64,000 nt of DNA from the human T2T-CHM13v2.0 reference genome, Homo sapiens, in assembly GCF_009914755.1 (NCBI RefSeq), contig NC_060926.1; one strand, written 5' to 3'. The notes under the pieces were generated by a model. The model did not search any database. It worked only from the letters and a program-made list of their open reading frames with translations, and had not been told where the DNA came from. Numbering within the stretch: the stretch's first letter is position 1; each line of letters starts with the position of its first letter. This document shows positions 1-14,941 of the stretch, one piece after another. The position numbers and the translations under genes are program-made.

Positions 1-18
1 TAATTGATGTTGCACTGT
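1..18 (-). CDS. ACADL: ACADL exon 9, 5' part (truncated by window edge), codons 329-334 TVQHQL
   Basis: Minus strand reads polypyrimidine tract ...cttttattttcctttaaattcaag|ACA GTG CAA CAT CAA TTA; continues the exon 8 frame (phase 0) and matches LCAD TVQH(K/Q)L. Confidence 0.93.
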
Positions 19-644
19 CTTGAATTTAAAGGAAATAAAAGAAAAAAGTGAGCATGGTAGAAATATAAACTTCAACCCACTTAACATATCAGAAATTATA
101 CAATAAAAGATCTTTAGGGCAAACAAAAGTGGAATTGTTGGTTTTTTCCTCCATAAAAATGGCATTTGTTACCAAATCAGCTTAAATTTAAAACTCACTA
201 TATTTCAGTGCTAAGGAAATTTGTACTAAAAGATGCAAAAATAGTTTAAAACATAAACAATGTCTTGTTTCAGATTGTAAAATTTAGACGAGGCAAAATT
301 CTTGAAAAACAGCATGACTTTAATGTGTGAGCACCATCTTGTGGTACAGTTATTTAGGTACAGCCGTTGAAAACACCTGTTGCTTTTTCCTCCAGAGATT
401 AAATCCTTGAAGATTTTTTTCTTTATTAATGAAATTAAGTATACAGATTTTGCTACTCTGCTTCTAACATCTGGAGGGACAAGGGGTTTCTATATATGTT
501 CATAAACATCAAAATATAAGGTATTATTTAATATTGCACAGTATTTAATCTAGATCTGTAGAAAGCAATAGAATAAAATCAGAGTACTAAAGAGATCAAA
601 ATCCAGTACCCTCATCCTCTTTCATCCCTTCACATTATCCCTTC

Positions 645-1012
645 TGATATGGTTTGGCTCTGTCCCTACCCAAATCTTATCTTGAATTGTAGCTCCCATA
701 ATCCCCACATGTTGTGGGAGGGACGTGGTGGGAGATAACTGAATCATGGGGGTGGGTTTGTCCCATGATGTTCTTGTGATAGTGAGTAAGTCTCATGAGA
801 TCTGATGGTTTTATAAAGAGTGGTTCCCCTGCACACGCTGTTTTGCCTGCTACCATGTAAGATGTGCTGTTGTTCCTCCTTCACCTTCCGCCATGATTAT
901 GAGGCCTCCCCAGCCATGTGGAACTGTGAGTCCATTAAACCTCTTTTTTTTTTTTAATAAATTACCCAGTCTCAGGTATTTCTTCATAGCAGTATGAAAA
1001 TGGATGAATACA
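645..1012 (+). mobile_element. THE1-family solo LTR (ERVL-MaLR)
   Basis: TGATATGGTTTGGCT...GAATACA termini; near-match 5-bp flanks ccttc/cctcc. Confidence 0.85.
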
Positions 1013-3299
1013 CCTCCCGTACCTCTCAATAGCTTGTTTAGCAGTCTCTAGCTTGGACTGAATGGTCTGGGATTATCAATGTTAATATAGCTATGTACCT
1101 ACCTCCTCCTACTGGCCATGGACAACCCATTAGCATTTTTGGAAATCATTCTATTTAGACCATTCTCAATTGTTGCTGACTGTCCTTGCTTCAATCAAGC
1201 TTTATTTCATTCCTGACTCTAGGCTCTCACACTCTGAACTTGGAGTGTATATCTGTTCTCTTTGGCACTGACTCTTGAGCCTCCCTCAGGAAATTGGCTT
1301 GAACTTGAAATACTGGGTTCCCACTTTGGGTAGCTCCAAAAGTATACTCCATTCTAGTTGATTTCTTAGGTCCAAGGCCCAGATATGGTCAGCTGGCCTA
1401 TCTTCTTTGTGAAAATTCAGATAGAAACAGTTCTGATCATTCTGCTGTGAAATGAGTAAGAACTTCACTGTGGCTAATAGCATATACATGGAAAGTTACA
1501 GGCAAAGGTGGTGCAGTGAAACTCAAACTAGAAATTAAACACATCCCACCTAGGTACTACCAAGTCCAAAGCCACAGCTGTGTTCTCAAAGGAGGGTGGT
1601 GGGACACATTCTCAGAAGATACATGGTCTGCTTTTAATGCTGGCTACAGCAATTCTCAAGTTATAAAACTGATTCTTTCACTGTCATTGTTGGTTGGGAC
1701 AGTTTTGATACTTACCATTTCTGGAAAAGAGTAGAATGGGAGTGTAAAAAGACCCAGGACCAAGCAAGACCAGGGTGTATCAGGTGGAGTAAAGCTCTGA
1801 GGGGCAGATTCCTTACAGGTATATCAACATAACTACTGTGCTGATGAAAACTCCAACTGACTGTCTTTCCCCTGGTTTTATTTCACCCTGTTCTAGAAAC
1901 AGAGAATGTAACTGGCATCGAATGATTCCAAAACTAAGCAATGAGAAGGTTGGCACCCCACTCCTTCCATCTCTGTATTCTGGCCTCTAGTTCTGAACAT
2001 GCTGGGTCACATCAAAACTTTCTTCCCTGCTTATTGTTTCCCTTAATTTTTTCTATCTCCATTTCTATTCATCATATATTTAATTAGGTCAAATATCTAC
2101 CCTTTAATCAGCACAAAGTTTCCCACTCCCAACCCACACATTGAAGTTTACTCTTAGACAATATAAAGATGGAACAAAAAAAGAAAAAAATAGGCAAATA
2201 ATCTATATATCGAAAACAGATGAGTATTCCATGAAAATCCCTGAAGATGGTTTCTAAGCCTACTCCTAGTTTAGTTCAATGACACTATGTATGACACTTT
2301 ATTTGGAAAATAAGGGTGGATCCAACAAGTCTCAAGATATTTTTTTGCCTACATGATGCCACATTTGGGAATTTATGCACTGTCTTTACAATATGAAAGA
2401 GTAAAGATATCTAAGCCTGATTCTCTCATACAAGAGTCATTCCTTTGTAAATGCTGGAAACTTCTAGAAGCTGAAGTAAAACTTCAAACCAGAATGGAAT
2501 GATTTAGAATTCTTGCATCAGTGCATTCAGTGAAGTCCAGAGGTCTGAGAGAATAATGTCTCCAAGAGTACATAATTTACTCTCTGAGGATAAAAAGATT
2601 AAATATTTACATATTCTTGCCATTGGGTTGAGCGTTACTAAACAGATTTGGTCTTTGCTTTTCACTGCAGACACTGCATTATGCTTTCTGAAATCATCCT
2701 CTAATCAAAGGCAACTAAAAATTAGACCACACATTACTAGTCAAGTGCTCTTAGTGAATGATCGACAAGGTCATAGCAGTATTTTTAAGTCATTTATATT
2801 TGTTAATAAATAATACTGCAGCTAGCATTAAAAATTATTCTGAAGTTACTAAGTGGGCTGGATGGAGTCTTTTTCAGAGTTCTGAATGACAGAATTCTTA
2901 GAATTATGGAAATGGAGAACACCTTGGAGAGGTTATCTAGCCCAGTATTCATTTAAACAACAGCATCAGTTGCTCTCACATATTATGGTTAAAATATAAA
3001 ATGAAACACACTAGGTTTGCTATTTGATAGTTAATTAGTCCCATGCTCAAGGTCTTAAAAACTGGATATTCCCATTTTAGACACATGTCAAGAAGAAGTA
3101 TTATTTTTTTCCTCTCTATTCCTCTCCCTAATTCTTTATGCCCTTAGAATTAAGAACACATACCACACAGGAAATGACTAACCAAGAGCTCTCATTAGAT
3201 TAGAAAAAACATTCCATTTTCACTTCGTTGCCCACTGAGTGAAGGAAATAGGAAAAGAAAAAAGGCCCATCTGCTTTGCACTTCTGGGCAGTAATAACA

Positions 3300-3500
3300 G
3301 TATATAGGTAAAGAGTGTAGGTTCTGGAATTAGAATATATGTGTAATTTGGGGCAAGTTACTTAACCTCTCTATACCTTAATTTCCTTAACTGTAAAATA
3401 AAAATAATTAAAATACTTATATAGATTTGTGAAGAAAAAGAATGAGACCATTCACTTAGCAGTGTCTGGCAGATAGGGAGCAGTCAAGCAATAATATCCA
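3300..3500 (+). mobile_element. MIR SINE relic
   Basis: gggcaagttacttaacctctct...ctgtaaaat core. Confidence 0.7.
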
Positions 3501-4441
3501 TTATTATTTAACATCTGGATTTTACTGTTTTATTGTCTATTCCGCAAAAAACCATAAGATCGACATAAACTATGGAGAGCATAGATTTTAAAAATCCTAA
3601 TAATTATTGCTACATCCATACGTAGGTTTCTATTCTAAAAAGAAAATAAATTTTGTGACATGCATTTCAACTGGTCAGAAAGCCCCAAAATGTCCAAAAT
3701 TCAAGGATAACAAAGAGAATGGAAACTGAATAGTTATATAGTTATAAAATGACATGTGGCCAAGTATATTGTAACATTTAAAGCTCTTCTATTTCAATTG
3801 AATAACTAGATCCATAGTGTACCCAGCTCTTGAATACAAGGTATAGGTATGTACAGTATCGGTTATTCATCATCTCTGAATATACTCCTAGCTTGAAATA
3901 TGAAAATATTATTCAAATATATTTATTTAGATAAAATAGGAAGATCAGAAGACATATCTCAGAAATCTCAGAACATATAAACTTACTTGGAAAACAATAC
4001 TACTAGCTATCAATAATGTGACCTGTGGAAGTAGAATGCTACTGCCACCTACTGAAAGTTTAGGGAACTAACTTTGAAAGAAGGCAACAATAAAATGATA
4101 CTTCTTTAAAAAGGAATGATTAAAGTTATTTATTTTTTGCTATTAAAATACAATAAATATATATTTTAAAAGAATATTTTTCCCCTATGAGAAAACAATA
4201 TGGACCACTTTCCTATTTCCTTCATGGTTAAATGTCAAATTACATGCCTTCTGAGCCATTCAGGCAATCTGGGTAATAATATAGTCATCCTTGTTGTAAT
4301 CTAGTATTAAGTTCATAAACACAGGAAATGTAGATTTCCAAAGGAATGGAAACATGTCTTTTGGTTCAACTGTTATACCTTTAGCCAAAATAAGGCTAAA
4401 GGTATATTTTTGTTTTTGTATTCATTTTTGTGGGGAGCAGG

Positions 4442-4723
4442 GAGACAGGGTCTTGCTATGTCACTCAGGCTAGAGTACAATAGTGAGATCTCAGCTCACT
4501 GCAACATCTGCCTCCAGGGCTCAAGCGATCCTCCCACCTTAGCCTCTTGAGTAGCTGAGACTACAGACACACACCACCACACCTGGCTAATTTTTGTATT
4601 TTTTGTAGAGATGAGGTTTTGCCACGTTGTCCAGGTTGGTCTCAAAGTCCTGGGCTCAAGCAATCTGCCTGCCTAGGCCTCCCAACGTGCTGGGATTACA
4701 GGTGTGAGCCACTATGCCTGGCC
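4442..4723 (-). mobile_element. Alu (J-like)
   Basis: Reverse-complement Alu dimer. Confidence 0.9.
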
Positions 4724-5627
4724 TTGGTATAAGTGTTTTAGTAAACATTTTTGATGTTTAAGTGGTGGTGGTTGGATTTCAGAAGCAAATGATACTCATT
4801 CCACTTTGGGTACAGTTGAGAAAATCAGAGTGATATCAAGTGGTAACACTTCCTTCATATTGCCAGGAGCGTAGTATGTGTTTCTAGAGTTACACCCATC
4901 AAATTACAGTTGAACACATTACCCTTAGGAGGCAATCAATATATATTTGTTCAGTGAACCAAAAAGGAAAAAATCATATATGTCAGTTTTTCTCAATGGG
5001 AAATTATTGATATTTTGAGTGACACAATTAGTTGTAATCCAAATGTGAATTACAGGACATTTAACAACACTGTCCTCCAGGGCACTATACAAGTTATACC
5101 TCCAGTCAACTGTGCACACCCACCTCCACCTCATTCCTGACATTTCTAAACACCTGAGTGAAAGGGCATTCACTGAGAACCTCTGATACGTGTAAATCAG
5201 TGATCCATAAATGAAAGGGAATATAAAGTATAACATCCTTGCTCTTAAGGAAATCAGAATTTAATCAAGTCAAGTCATACTGTTTTGTTAAATGTTTTCT
5301 TGATTGAGTGTACCTCATTTTTAGAGATTCAGAACAACTGTTTTAGGTTTGTTATGTCAATAAGAAAAGTTAGGATGTAAAGACTTTTTTTCAGGATGGA
5401 AAAAGTTAATTTGATGACAATACCGGTAGCAAACAGTTCCCAAAACGACAAAGAGAGGGTCTAGATCAAGAGCAAGAGGAAGTAGATGGTAAAAAGGTCT
5501 CCCATATTGAAACAAAATGGAGCAAGGCATTATGTAAGGAATAAAATAAGGATAACAGCTAATTTTAATGTGGGCTTACTTTGCCAGGCAATATTCCAAG
5601 CGCTTTATGTATATTACCCCATCTAAT

Positions 5628-6028
5628 TGATAGAGACAGGAGACAGCCGAGGGTCTCTGGTGAAACCCTGCCTTCAAGCCTAAACAGCCTAAAGGCTGAA
5701 AAACCCGACTGCTGGTCCCAGATGAAGCCTGCCCTTTCCCAACTGATCCTTTCTGAATAATGCCCACCTGTGCACTGGGAGGACGGGGTGGAGCCTCGGG
5801 AAGTTCACACTGTTTGCAGAGGAGAGGAGCCTAGCCTCTCCTGTTCCTGTGTGATGACCTAGGATTCAATCTGTGAGGCAGGAGAACTGCTCGCAGGACT
5901 TTCTTTCACTTTGCTGAGAGTTCCTTTCTCCTTTTCATTTAATAAACCCTGCCCTACTCAATCTACAATGTGTCTGCGTGCCCAAATTATCCTGGTCCTG
6001 TGACAAGAACCCAGTTTTTTCTACAACA
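5628..6028 (+). mobile_element. ERV1 solo LTR (MER48-like) inserted into a MIR
   Basis: TG...CA termini, AATAAA near 5941, 4-bp TSD taat (5624-5627, 6029-6032); MIR motif taatcctcacaacaac is split across it. Confidence 0.8.
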
Positions 6029-6754
6029 TAATCCTCACAACAACGCTATGAGGCAGTCTCTGATATTCACAAGTAGGAAAATATTTTATAAATATTTACA
6101 AACGTTATAAATTTTAAAGATTTATAGTCAAAATTTTACAATTTTGCAAATCAAATACATTTTATATATTTACAAATAGGAAACTATTTTTGAGAGAGAG
6201 AACACGACTAGACTACGGAGATTCAAGTAGCTGTGTTAGGACATAAACCACACTTGAACATAATTTCTAGAATGCTGGTTCTGAAAAGCCACCAAGTTGT
6301 TTCATTTCTACCTTTCCCTTCACAAAGCCTTTCAGCCAGTCATTCTACTTAAAAATTTTTAAGTCAAATCCCAACTCCAGGTTTTTTGCTGGTGAGATGT
6401 TTTGCCAATTTGATGACCACATGAAGGAATTATAAACTATTCCTTCATTTAAAAAGAAACTATAGGGTCTAAAATTTAATTAGCATATTTAGTGACTGCG
6501 GCCACTATATACTGAGTTCTTTTGCAAAAACCCTCAAGTTCCTGGGAAAACTCAATCCTAGGTAAACACAATCATCTGTCTTTTCTCTATGTTTGTACCT
6601 GGGAAGCTAAACTCTTATCATAAAGCTGATTGATACACAAAAAGCAGAAAGTAGTTTAGTTTCTCATTCTGAAGAAGATATTTCATACCTCCCTCACCCT
6701 TCTGCAACACCTCCATGCCTCCTTCACTCACCTGTCTTTCAAGGACTTTCTCTA

Positions 6755-7087
<333 letters not shown>

Positions 7088-7099
7088 TAGAAGTCTTCT

Positions 7100-7960
7100 A
7101 TAAAGAACTTTTGTAGTTTTCTACCAACAGAGTGATGTATCTGTCTGAACTCATAGATGTCCTTTGCTCCTTTCTTCCTGTGCAAATGAAGGAATCCCTC
7201 TCCTGTTGATGGGAAGGCCTATCTTTCCATGTGTCAGCATCCACAAACTCACCCTTTCTCAAAGACCTTACGCAGTTGATTATTTCCTTCCTATCTACAA
7301 CCTTTCCCTCTTTATTAAATCCTTTCTTTATATACAGGTATTAAAATATGCACCCGCATTCCCATCCTAAAAATAACGACAAAAAATTAATAACTCCCAA
7401 ATATCTCCCTTGAATCTCAAATCTCCTTCCCCTCCCCTCTTCGCTTACCACCCTTTCTCTCAACTACCATTCACAGCCAAACTCAGGAAAGAGTTGCCTA
7501 CCATCAGTATTGTTTTACGTCCTCATTTCTATCTACTCATCGGGTGTGTCACCCTCCACCTCCATTAATGGCTCTTACTAAATAATCTCCATATCATTGT
7601 ATTCAATGAACACTCTTTGCCCTTCGTCTTATTTTTCCCCTAAGCAGCAATTGATCCCACTCCCTACTCCATGAAGCCCTCTTTCCTTCCAGCTTCTGTG
7701 ACAAAGCTCTCCTGATTTGCTTTCTCCTTTCTGTTTATTCATTCTCAGTCATCTTACAGGCTCCTCCTTTTCAGACAATATGAATTCCAAATATGAATTC
7801 TACCTTTAAATCTTGTAGTCTTCCTCAAGGACTGTGTCCTAAGACCACTCCTGTCTTACTCTCTACTATCTCTCCTTAGTGATCTCATCCACTTCCATGG
7901 TTTCTAATATCACCTTACATGAAAATAACTCCAAACTTCTATTTACCCCAGGCCATTTCA
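7100..7960 (+). mobile_element. L2 LINE relic
   Basis: Pyrimidine-rich diverged L2 ORF2-like motifs (gatctcatccacttccatggttt). Confidence 0.6.
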
Positions 7961-8009
7961 GATTAGTAAACTGATACCATCTAATACTAAACCACAGTGA
8001 CAAGCTTAC

Positions 8010-8123
8010 CTGTAGGTGAGCAACTGTTTTGCCAAAAGCTTTTCTTTGTTTAACATAGTTCCTGGTTTCTTCAAACATGAATTCACTAGCTGAAATTGCC
8101 ACATCAGCAATTAACAGCCTTTC
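8010..8123 (-). CDS. ACADL: ACADL exon 8 (114 nt), ERLLIADVAISASEFMFEETRNYVKQRKAFGKTVAHLQ; first codon is catalytic Glu291
   Basis: tatag|GAA...CAG|gtaagc; translation matches LCAD residues 291-328. Confidence 0.97.
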
Positions 8124-8339
8124 CTATAACACAAAAATTAGGTCTTAAACATTACTCTAATTATGCAAGTGATTTTCACACAATTTCAATTACGATAAAT
8201 CCTATAAATTATCTTTATAATAAACTCATAAAGATTAATTTATATCTTAACTCCTTATAAGAAAACAGATTTATGAGATTCTTTTGACATATCTCTAATC
8301 ACTTTCTAAAGCAAATCCTTTATTTTTATGAATGACTAC

Positions 8340-8516
8340 CTTTATTTTTTTATAATCTTTTTAAATTTTTAAGAGACAAAGTCTCACTCTGTTGCCAAAA
8401 ATGGAGTACAGTTGCACAATCATAGTTCATTACATCCTGGAATTCCAGGGCTCAAGTGATCCTCCCACCTCAGCCTTCCGAGTAGCTGGGACAACAGTCA
8501 CATAACACCATGCCCA
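8340..8516 (-). mobile_element. Alu right-arm fragment
   Basis: gagacaaagtctcactctgttgcc...gagtagctgggac. Confidence 0.8.
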
Positions 8517-9259
8517 TGAATGACTGTCTTCATTATATATATGCAATTTAATTTTTCTTCTCTTTACTCACATGTGAGTTAAAAACAATCCCCAGTTGCT
8601 TATTTCAATTTATTAATCTCTGCACACTGTATGACTCAATATATCTGTGGAAATAAACATCTTAAAGCACATAAGTTAAATTCTACCTATTAATGTAAAA
8701 GTAGCCTTAGTCAGTTTGATTCCATCATGCTGGTGTTTTTCATGGCAGTCACTAGGCAGGAGTACCCCCTTACACTGGCATCTGAGGCTCAATAATCACT
8801 TGTCAACCATACTTTAAAACCATAGCTGTTTAGGGACTGACCCTATGTGGCTAAAACTTTTCAGTCTGAATTTTATACTTTTCCCTTTGATTCACAGTTA
8901 TTATTTAAAAACTGGCAAACTATCAAATGTTTTGCAAGACATTTCCTTACAAAGAGCTAAAAGTTCTTGAATTGTAGTTAAGAAGCTAAAATCATTCTAA
9001 GAAGGAATCACAGAACTGAAATATCTGTTTTTCCTACTTACTTTATAAGCTTTGATTGGATATTACTGAGTTCAGTTATTTACTTAACTACCCTATAAAA
9101 CTCATACTTTTATTACAACTTTAATACTCAAATGATTAGCTATTTCACAAGTTTTGCATGTATAAATTTGAATGCATAATATAGAAATAACATGTTTCTA
9201 TATTATTCTATTCCAATTCATTATTCAGTCAAAAGATGGAATCTTTAAACACTTCTGAC

Positions 9260-9361
9260 CTGTGGAAGCTCTTTCATGATGTAATAGAAGCCTTTATTCT
9301 CTTCTCCAAGTAGGGCACTAGCTGGCAACCGTATATCTTCAAAGAATAGTTCTGCGGTATC
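9260..9361 (-). CDS. ACADL: ACADL exon 7 (102 nt), [34 protein letters not shown]
   Basis: ttag|GAT...CAG|gtcaga; acyl-CoA dehydrogenase motif, phase 0-0. Confidence 0.97.
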
Positions 9362-9676
9362 CTAAGAGACCATACAAAAAATGTAGAGAATGATCTCATT
9401 TAAATCTTCCAATAACCCAGTGAATATTGAAGTGAATATTATTTTTTCCAAAAAAACAAAACACAAATTGGAAGCCAAGTTGGAGTAGTTAATGAACATA
9501 ACTAGTAAGTGGTAAACCAGGGATTTGAACCCACAGCCATCTGATTCTAAACCTTGTGGCTTTCCTACTGCAATACACTATCATTCCAGCTCTAATACTG
9601 TCCAGTTCTCAAGGTACTTGGAACTAAGGATTTCTAATACATATTAAGCAAAACATGCATTTTTGGTAATGTATAG

Positions 9677-10004
<328 letters not shown>

Positions 10005-10310
10005 ACACTTTATTTTTATTTCATATTTTTCTTTAATGCATTTTACAAATAGATGGCTTGTTACCATGCAGTTAATTTTGCCATTTCTAAAACAGATATT
10101 CAAAATACCTTGATTCATTTCTATTGCTGACCATCAGAAAGATAGAGTGGTATAAATGAGAATAAATCTCATTACCACATCAGAAAAGCATATTTTAGGA
10201 ATTCAGCATAGGAAATAAAATTGTGCCACATGTAATCCTCTATGTAAGTCTCCTATCTGATTAACAGTAAACTCAATTAGTATCTGAATATGATTTACAT
10301 TATCACTCAC

Positions 10311-10475
10311 CTGGGCTTTTAATCCCATTTTATGTAGCTTTCGTCCCTTGATAAATCCTTTCATTCCATTTTCCACCAGAAAAAGGCTAATACCATGGGC
10401 AGGGGAGGGAGCTTCATGATTTGTGACCGCAACTACAATCACAACATCACTTAATGACCCATTACTGATGAACAC
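10311..10475 (-). CDS. ACADL: ACADL exon 6 (165 nt), VFISNGSLSD...KLHKMGLKAQ
   Basis: tgcag|GTG...CAG|gtgagt; lies inside ORF 10203..10481. Confidence 0.97.
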
Positions 10476-10834
10476 CTGCAAAACCCCAAGTACATTATTA
10501 ATGCACCATGATAATTCAATTCTATGTGCAAGTTATGATTGGGAGAAAGTATATTACAGAAAACTAAAACAGACAAGACATGCTTGATACCTCTCTCTGT
10601 ACCCTACCCAAATATCTGCAAAGTTGATTATTCACACATGATGTTATCAAGGATCAGGGGAAAAATTACTTAATGCTTCAAAGAATGAAACCTATAGATT
10701 TTCTTTTCACTATTAATATTATACATAATAATAATAAACAGAGATTATTATGTTCTTTAAAAATGAAACCAAATTGTCTATTATGATGATAAATTGTATT
10801 TTAGAAGGAAGCCACTGATAAGAAAAGAAAATCT

Positions 10835-11145
10835 GGCCGGGCCCGGTGGCTCACACCTGTAACCCCAGCACTTTGGGAGGCCGAGGCAAGAGGATCATTT
10901 GAGCTCAGGAGTTCAAGACCAGCCTTGCCAAAATAGTAGAGACAAAAAAATTAAAAATTAGCTGATGTGGTAGTGTGCACCTATATATAGTCCAAGCTAC
11001 TCAGGAAGCTGAGGCAGGAGGATCGCTTGAGTCCAGGAGTTTGAGGTTACAGTGAGTTATGATTGTACCACTGCACCCCAACCTGGGTGACAGAGTGAGA
11101 CCCTGTCTCTAGAAAAAAAGAAAAGAAAATAAAAGAAAAATAAAA
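10835..11145 (+). mobile_element. Alu (J-like), intron 5
   Basis: GGCCGGGC start, A-rich tail, TSD aagaaaatct. Confidence 0.92.
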
Positions 11146-11359
11146 AGAAAGAAAATCTGCTGTAAATGGCACTATATTATTTATTCTCAGATTTATCAGT
11201 TTTTGAAAAGGACTATTTTTGATTTTTGTAATTGATATCCTGCTTCCTTTAAAATGGTCTAAATAGGAAACTATGATTAAGGAGGGAAAAATGACAAGCC
11301 AAATGAGAGGGATTATCAGATGATATTGATACAGAAAACAGTATACTCAGAGCAAATAT

Positions 11360-12400
11360 TAATAATTATCTTCTCATTCTGCATCTTTCCTGGTTCATCT
11401 CAATCATTTTCACGGCTTGAGTCACCCTCTACATGCTGATGTCTCCAAATCTTTATTTAAGCCATGTTTCTTTTCTTTTTTTTAGAGACAGGGTCTCTCT
11501 CACCCAGGCTGGAGTGCAGTGGTGTGACCATAGCTCTTTGCAGCCTCAAACTCCTGGTAAGCCACATTTCTTGATAGGACCTGGACCTGAATAAGTACTT
11601 GCTTCTGGATAGTTCCACCTGATGACTCATGGGCAGGACATATTCCTTCCCACCCCTACTCCTATCCAATCCTGATTATCAACCTATTTCCCTATCTCAA
11701 TGAATGCTTCAATAAATTACATTATCATCCTGCTTCATATTCAATTCAGCATCTAGTTTTTTCTAACCCATCTTAATACTTTTGGAATTTATTCACTTCC
11801 TTTCAAGTCTATTGTAATTACCTTATTTCCAGCCCTCATCATTTCTTAAGTTCCTACAACTGATCTCTCTACAGCTGTATCATTCATCATGATGTCAAAG
11901 AGATTTTTCTAAATGCAATCTGATCATATCACCTTCACACTTAAAAATTTTTGAATAGCTCCTAATAGGCTTCAGGATAAATTCAAAACCTTTAGCAGGA
12001 AATAGAAAACTTATCACAAACTGGCACTAGCTTACCTCTCCTTACCTGGCTTATTGCTTGTCCCACTTTCCCCAATTTCCTCTTCTTCAGTCAGCTCTAC
12101 TAAACTACTTGCTGTCCATCACGTTGCGAGGTCTTCCTGACCTATGAGTCTTTGAAAATCTTGTTTCTGCTACTTGGGAAAGGCCCTTTCCCAACTCTGC
12201 TGCAATGAATTGTACTCATCCTGGGTGGTTTAGACATCAGATTGGCCAAAAGGTCTCAAATTCTCCAGGCTGGGTTAAGCGGTCCTACAACACCTCAAAT
12301 TTACCAAAATGATCTGTTTTTATCTCTCTCTCTTTGAAATAGTAGGGGTATAAAATGATGTTGGTTACTCCCATCACCTAAAATGCACAGCACTGATACA
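11360..12400 (+). mobile_element. L2 relic interrupted by a short Alu fragment (about 11468-11557)
   Basis: L2 3' motifs (ctacatgctgatgtctccaaatctttat; atgcaatctgatcatatcacc). Confidence 0.6.
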
Positions 12401-14217
12401 TACAAATAATGAAAAATGGGCAAATAATGTTAGTGTTGTCTACACAACAGCAAATGAATATAGTGGTGGCAGTATGGTTATAGGTGACACAATAATAAAA
12501 GATCATCAACGTGCCTCCTTACTAGGAGCTCATAGCCATTTCCTATTCATATATCTATCTTAAGTGCTTAGAATTCTTTTTGGCACAGAGGAGGCCAAAG
12601 GATGTTTTAAAAATATATTTTGAAAAAGATGTTCCTCAAAAAAATTCTATACAACTTGGCAAAAATATTTTTTCAACAGTATTGCTCCATTACACGACTC
12701 CCTTGCTCAAAAACCTTATAAGTCTACCAAGCTCCTACCTTTCTGTCTAGTTCCTAATGTCTGTATAGCTGCCACAGTTGAAATGCTATGAGTGCTTTTT
12801 TGTTTGTTTTGCATCACACAGCATCCAGGAATTAGTATCTACAGTATGCTCTCAAATGGTCTCATACATGTTTTAACTACAGATAATAAATAAACAATGG
12901 AATAGAAAGGAAGGGAGGAGAAATTCATTGGGCAAAAACTATTCATTTTAATATGCTGAGCTCAATTTGGTAAATCAAGTGGAGTTCTCCAGAAGTTCTT
13001 ATTGGAAGTAATTATAGCAAAGGATTAATAAAATCTGAACCATTTCTACAACAGTGCGACCTAAAGTGAGTTTAAACACCATGGTGGATCCCCCTTTCTA
13101 ATAGAGTTATATGAGAATTTTCCTTGCAAGTGGACTTTCTCAGTTTGTTTCCTAATTATGACACTCCAAAGTTTGAATAGGGCTGAAATTATCCCTAATG
13201 AGGGCCAACATTTTTGGGTGGTAGGAGGATATTAAATGCTTATAAAATAACAGAAAATCATTGCAGATATTGTATAGAGAATGTAAAGTTCTAAAGAAAA
13301 AGGAAAATATAATTCTCCATAAGTACATAATACAACTATCATTGATAATTTCCTTTCTCATATTTTTAAATTTTAATATAGTAAAAATGTTCCTATACTT
13401 GCATTCTATATCCTGTTTTTTCACTTAATGTATAATTATTTCCTGTACTGTTAAAAACTTTGTGTTGCTAGTGTTAATGGCTGCACATTCGTTCAGATGC
13501 ACTGTATTTGCTTACCCATTCCTTTACTTTTACTTGCTTTCAGTTTTTTGCTATTTCTAATAGAGTTTTTGAAACAGAGTCAGTGGTACTTTTCCTGTGT
13601 GGTTCCCACAAAACCCTATGGCTGAGCAGACGAGGTCTGCTTAGAGAGCTAGAGGCATAAGAGAATGTGGTTCCCATTTCACTTCTGACCAAATATCCCA
13701 CTCCCCTTTCAAAACAAGCCTTCTATATGTGAGGAGTTAACTGATTATATGTTGGAGCTATCATCCGTTTAATTATAATTCTTAGGAGAAATTATTTAAA
13801 CAAATATTTATTAAAGTATATTTGAAGAACACCAGTGATTCAATTTTGTAAATACAGAGATAATAGCCCAAACTTATAAAAACTAATTCTTCAACAGACC
13901 TTGGCACATATTTTCAGAAAGATTGTTTTAGAACAGTAAATAAAATGAACATCTTTCCTTCACGTAACACTCAGTCAACAACAAATATTTACTGAGTATA
14001 TACCAGATACCATTTCAGGTGGGCAATATCACTTGCCCTCAGTGATATCAAATGCATTTGCCCTCATTGATATCAGAGATCCTGAGCCCATTTGTAACCT
14101 TAATTGGAAGCGCTCTCCAATTCTACCAGTGAGTTGATTAATTTAGTAGAACTGAATGGTTCTCAAATGGCTCTCAAATTCTATCACTGTATCACTGATA
14201 TCTTTTTCTCCTAGGAT

Positions 14218-14480
14218 CTTTTTTTTTTTTCTTTGAGAGGGGGTCTTACTCTGTCTCAACCTCCTTGGCTCAAGTGATTCTCCCTCTTCAGCCTCCTGAG
14301 TGAGTAGCTGGGACCAAAGGGCACACCACCATGCCCAGCTAATTTTTTTAGTTTTTACTTTTATAGAGACAGGGTCTCACTTTGTTGCCTAGGTTGGTCT
14401 CAAACTTCTGGGCTCAAGCAATCTCTTGCTTCAGCCTCCCAAAGTGCTGCGATTACAGGTGTGAGCCACTGTGCCTGGCC
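14218..14480 (-). mobile_element. Alu (J-like, internal deletion), intron 5
   Basis: Reverse-complement Alu; TSD ttctcctag(g/a)atctt. Confidence 0.9.
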
Positions 14481-14874
14481 TTCTCCTAGAATCTTTTGAA
14501 ATTCTTCTTGATCTATATGAGAAAGCTTTTCCCCCAATCTTTTATCAACATAAAGTTTAAGTATTATTAATATTTGTCCCACATTTGGGCAATGTGAGCC
14601 TCACCTTGTCTTTTTCTGGTTTAATAAGGGCTGTTTGGAAGCTAAAACAACCTTTGCCATATTAGTGAGGGGGCATGCAAAATGAAATATAGAAGAAGCT
14701 ACCACAGATCTTAAGTAATATATGTTGTAAATTTACTGTCTCCAAAACAACTTAGATAAATTCAATTCCTGCCTGAGTCCCTAGATTTAATAGAATTAAT
14801 GAGTTGTCTTTGAGACATTGTTACCCATGGCATGACTCTGAAAAGAAGGGCTATAGAAGTCCTCTTTTACACAC

Positions 14875-14941
14875 CTTGCTTCCATTGAGAATCCAGTCAC
14901 TTCCATCCTTTTTAGCATTTGTTTTTATTCCCTGTAAGTCA
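14875..14941 (-). CDS. ACADL: ACADL exon 5 (67 nt), (S)DLQGIKTNAKKDGSDWILNGSK
   Basis: tacag|T GAC...AAG|gtgtgt; LNGSK motif; phase 2-0. Confidence 0.96.
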
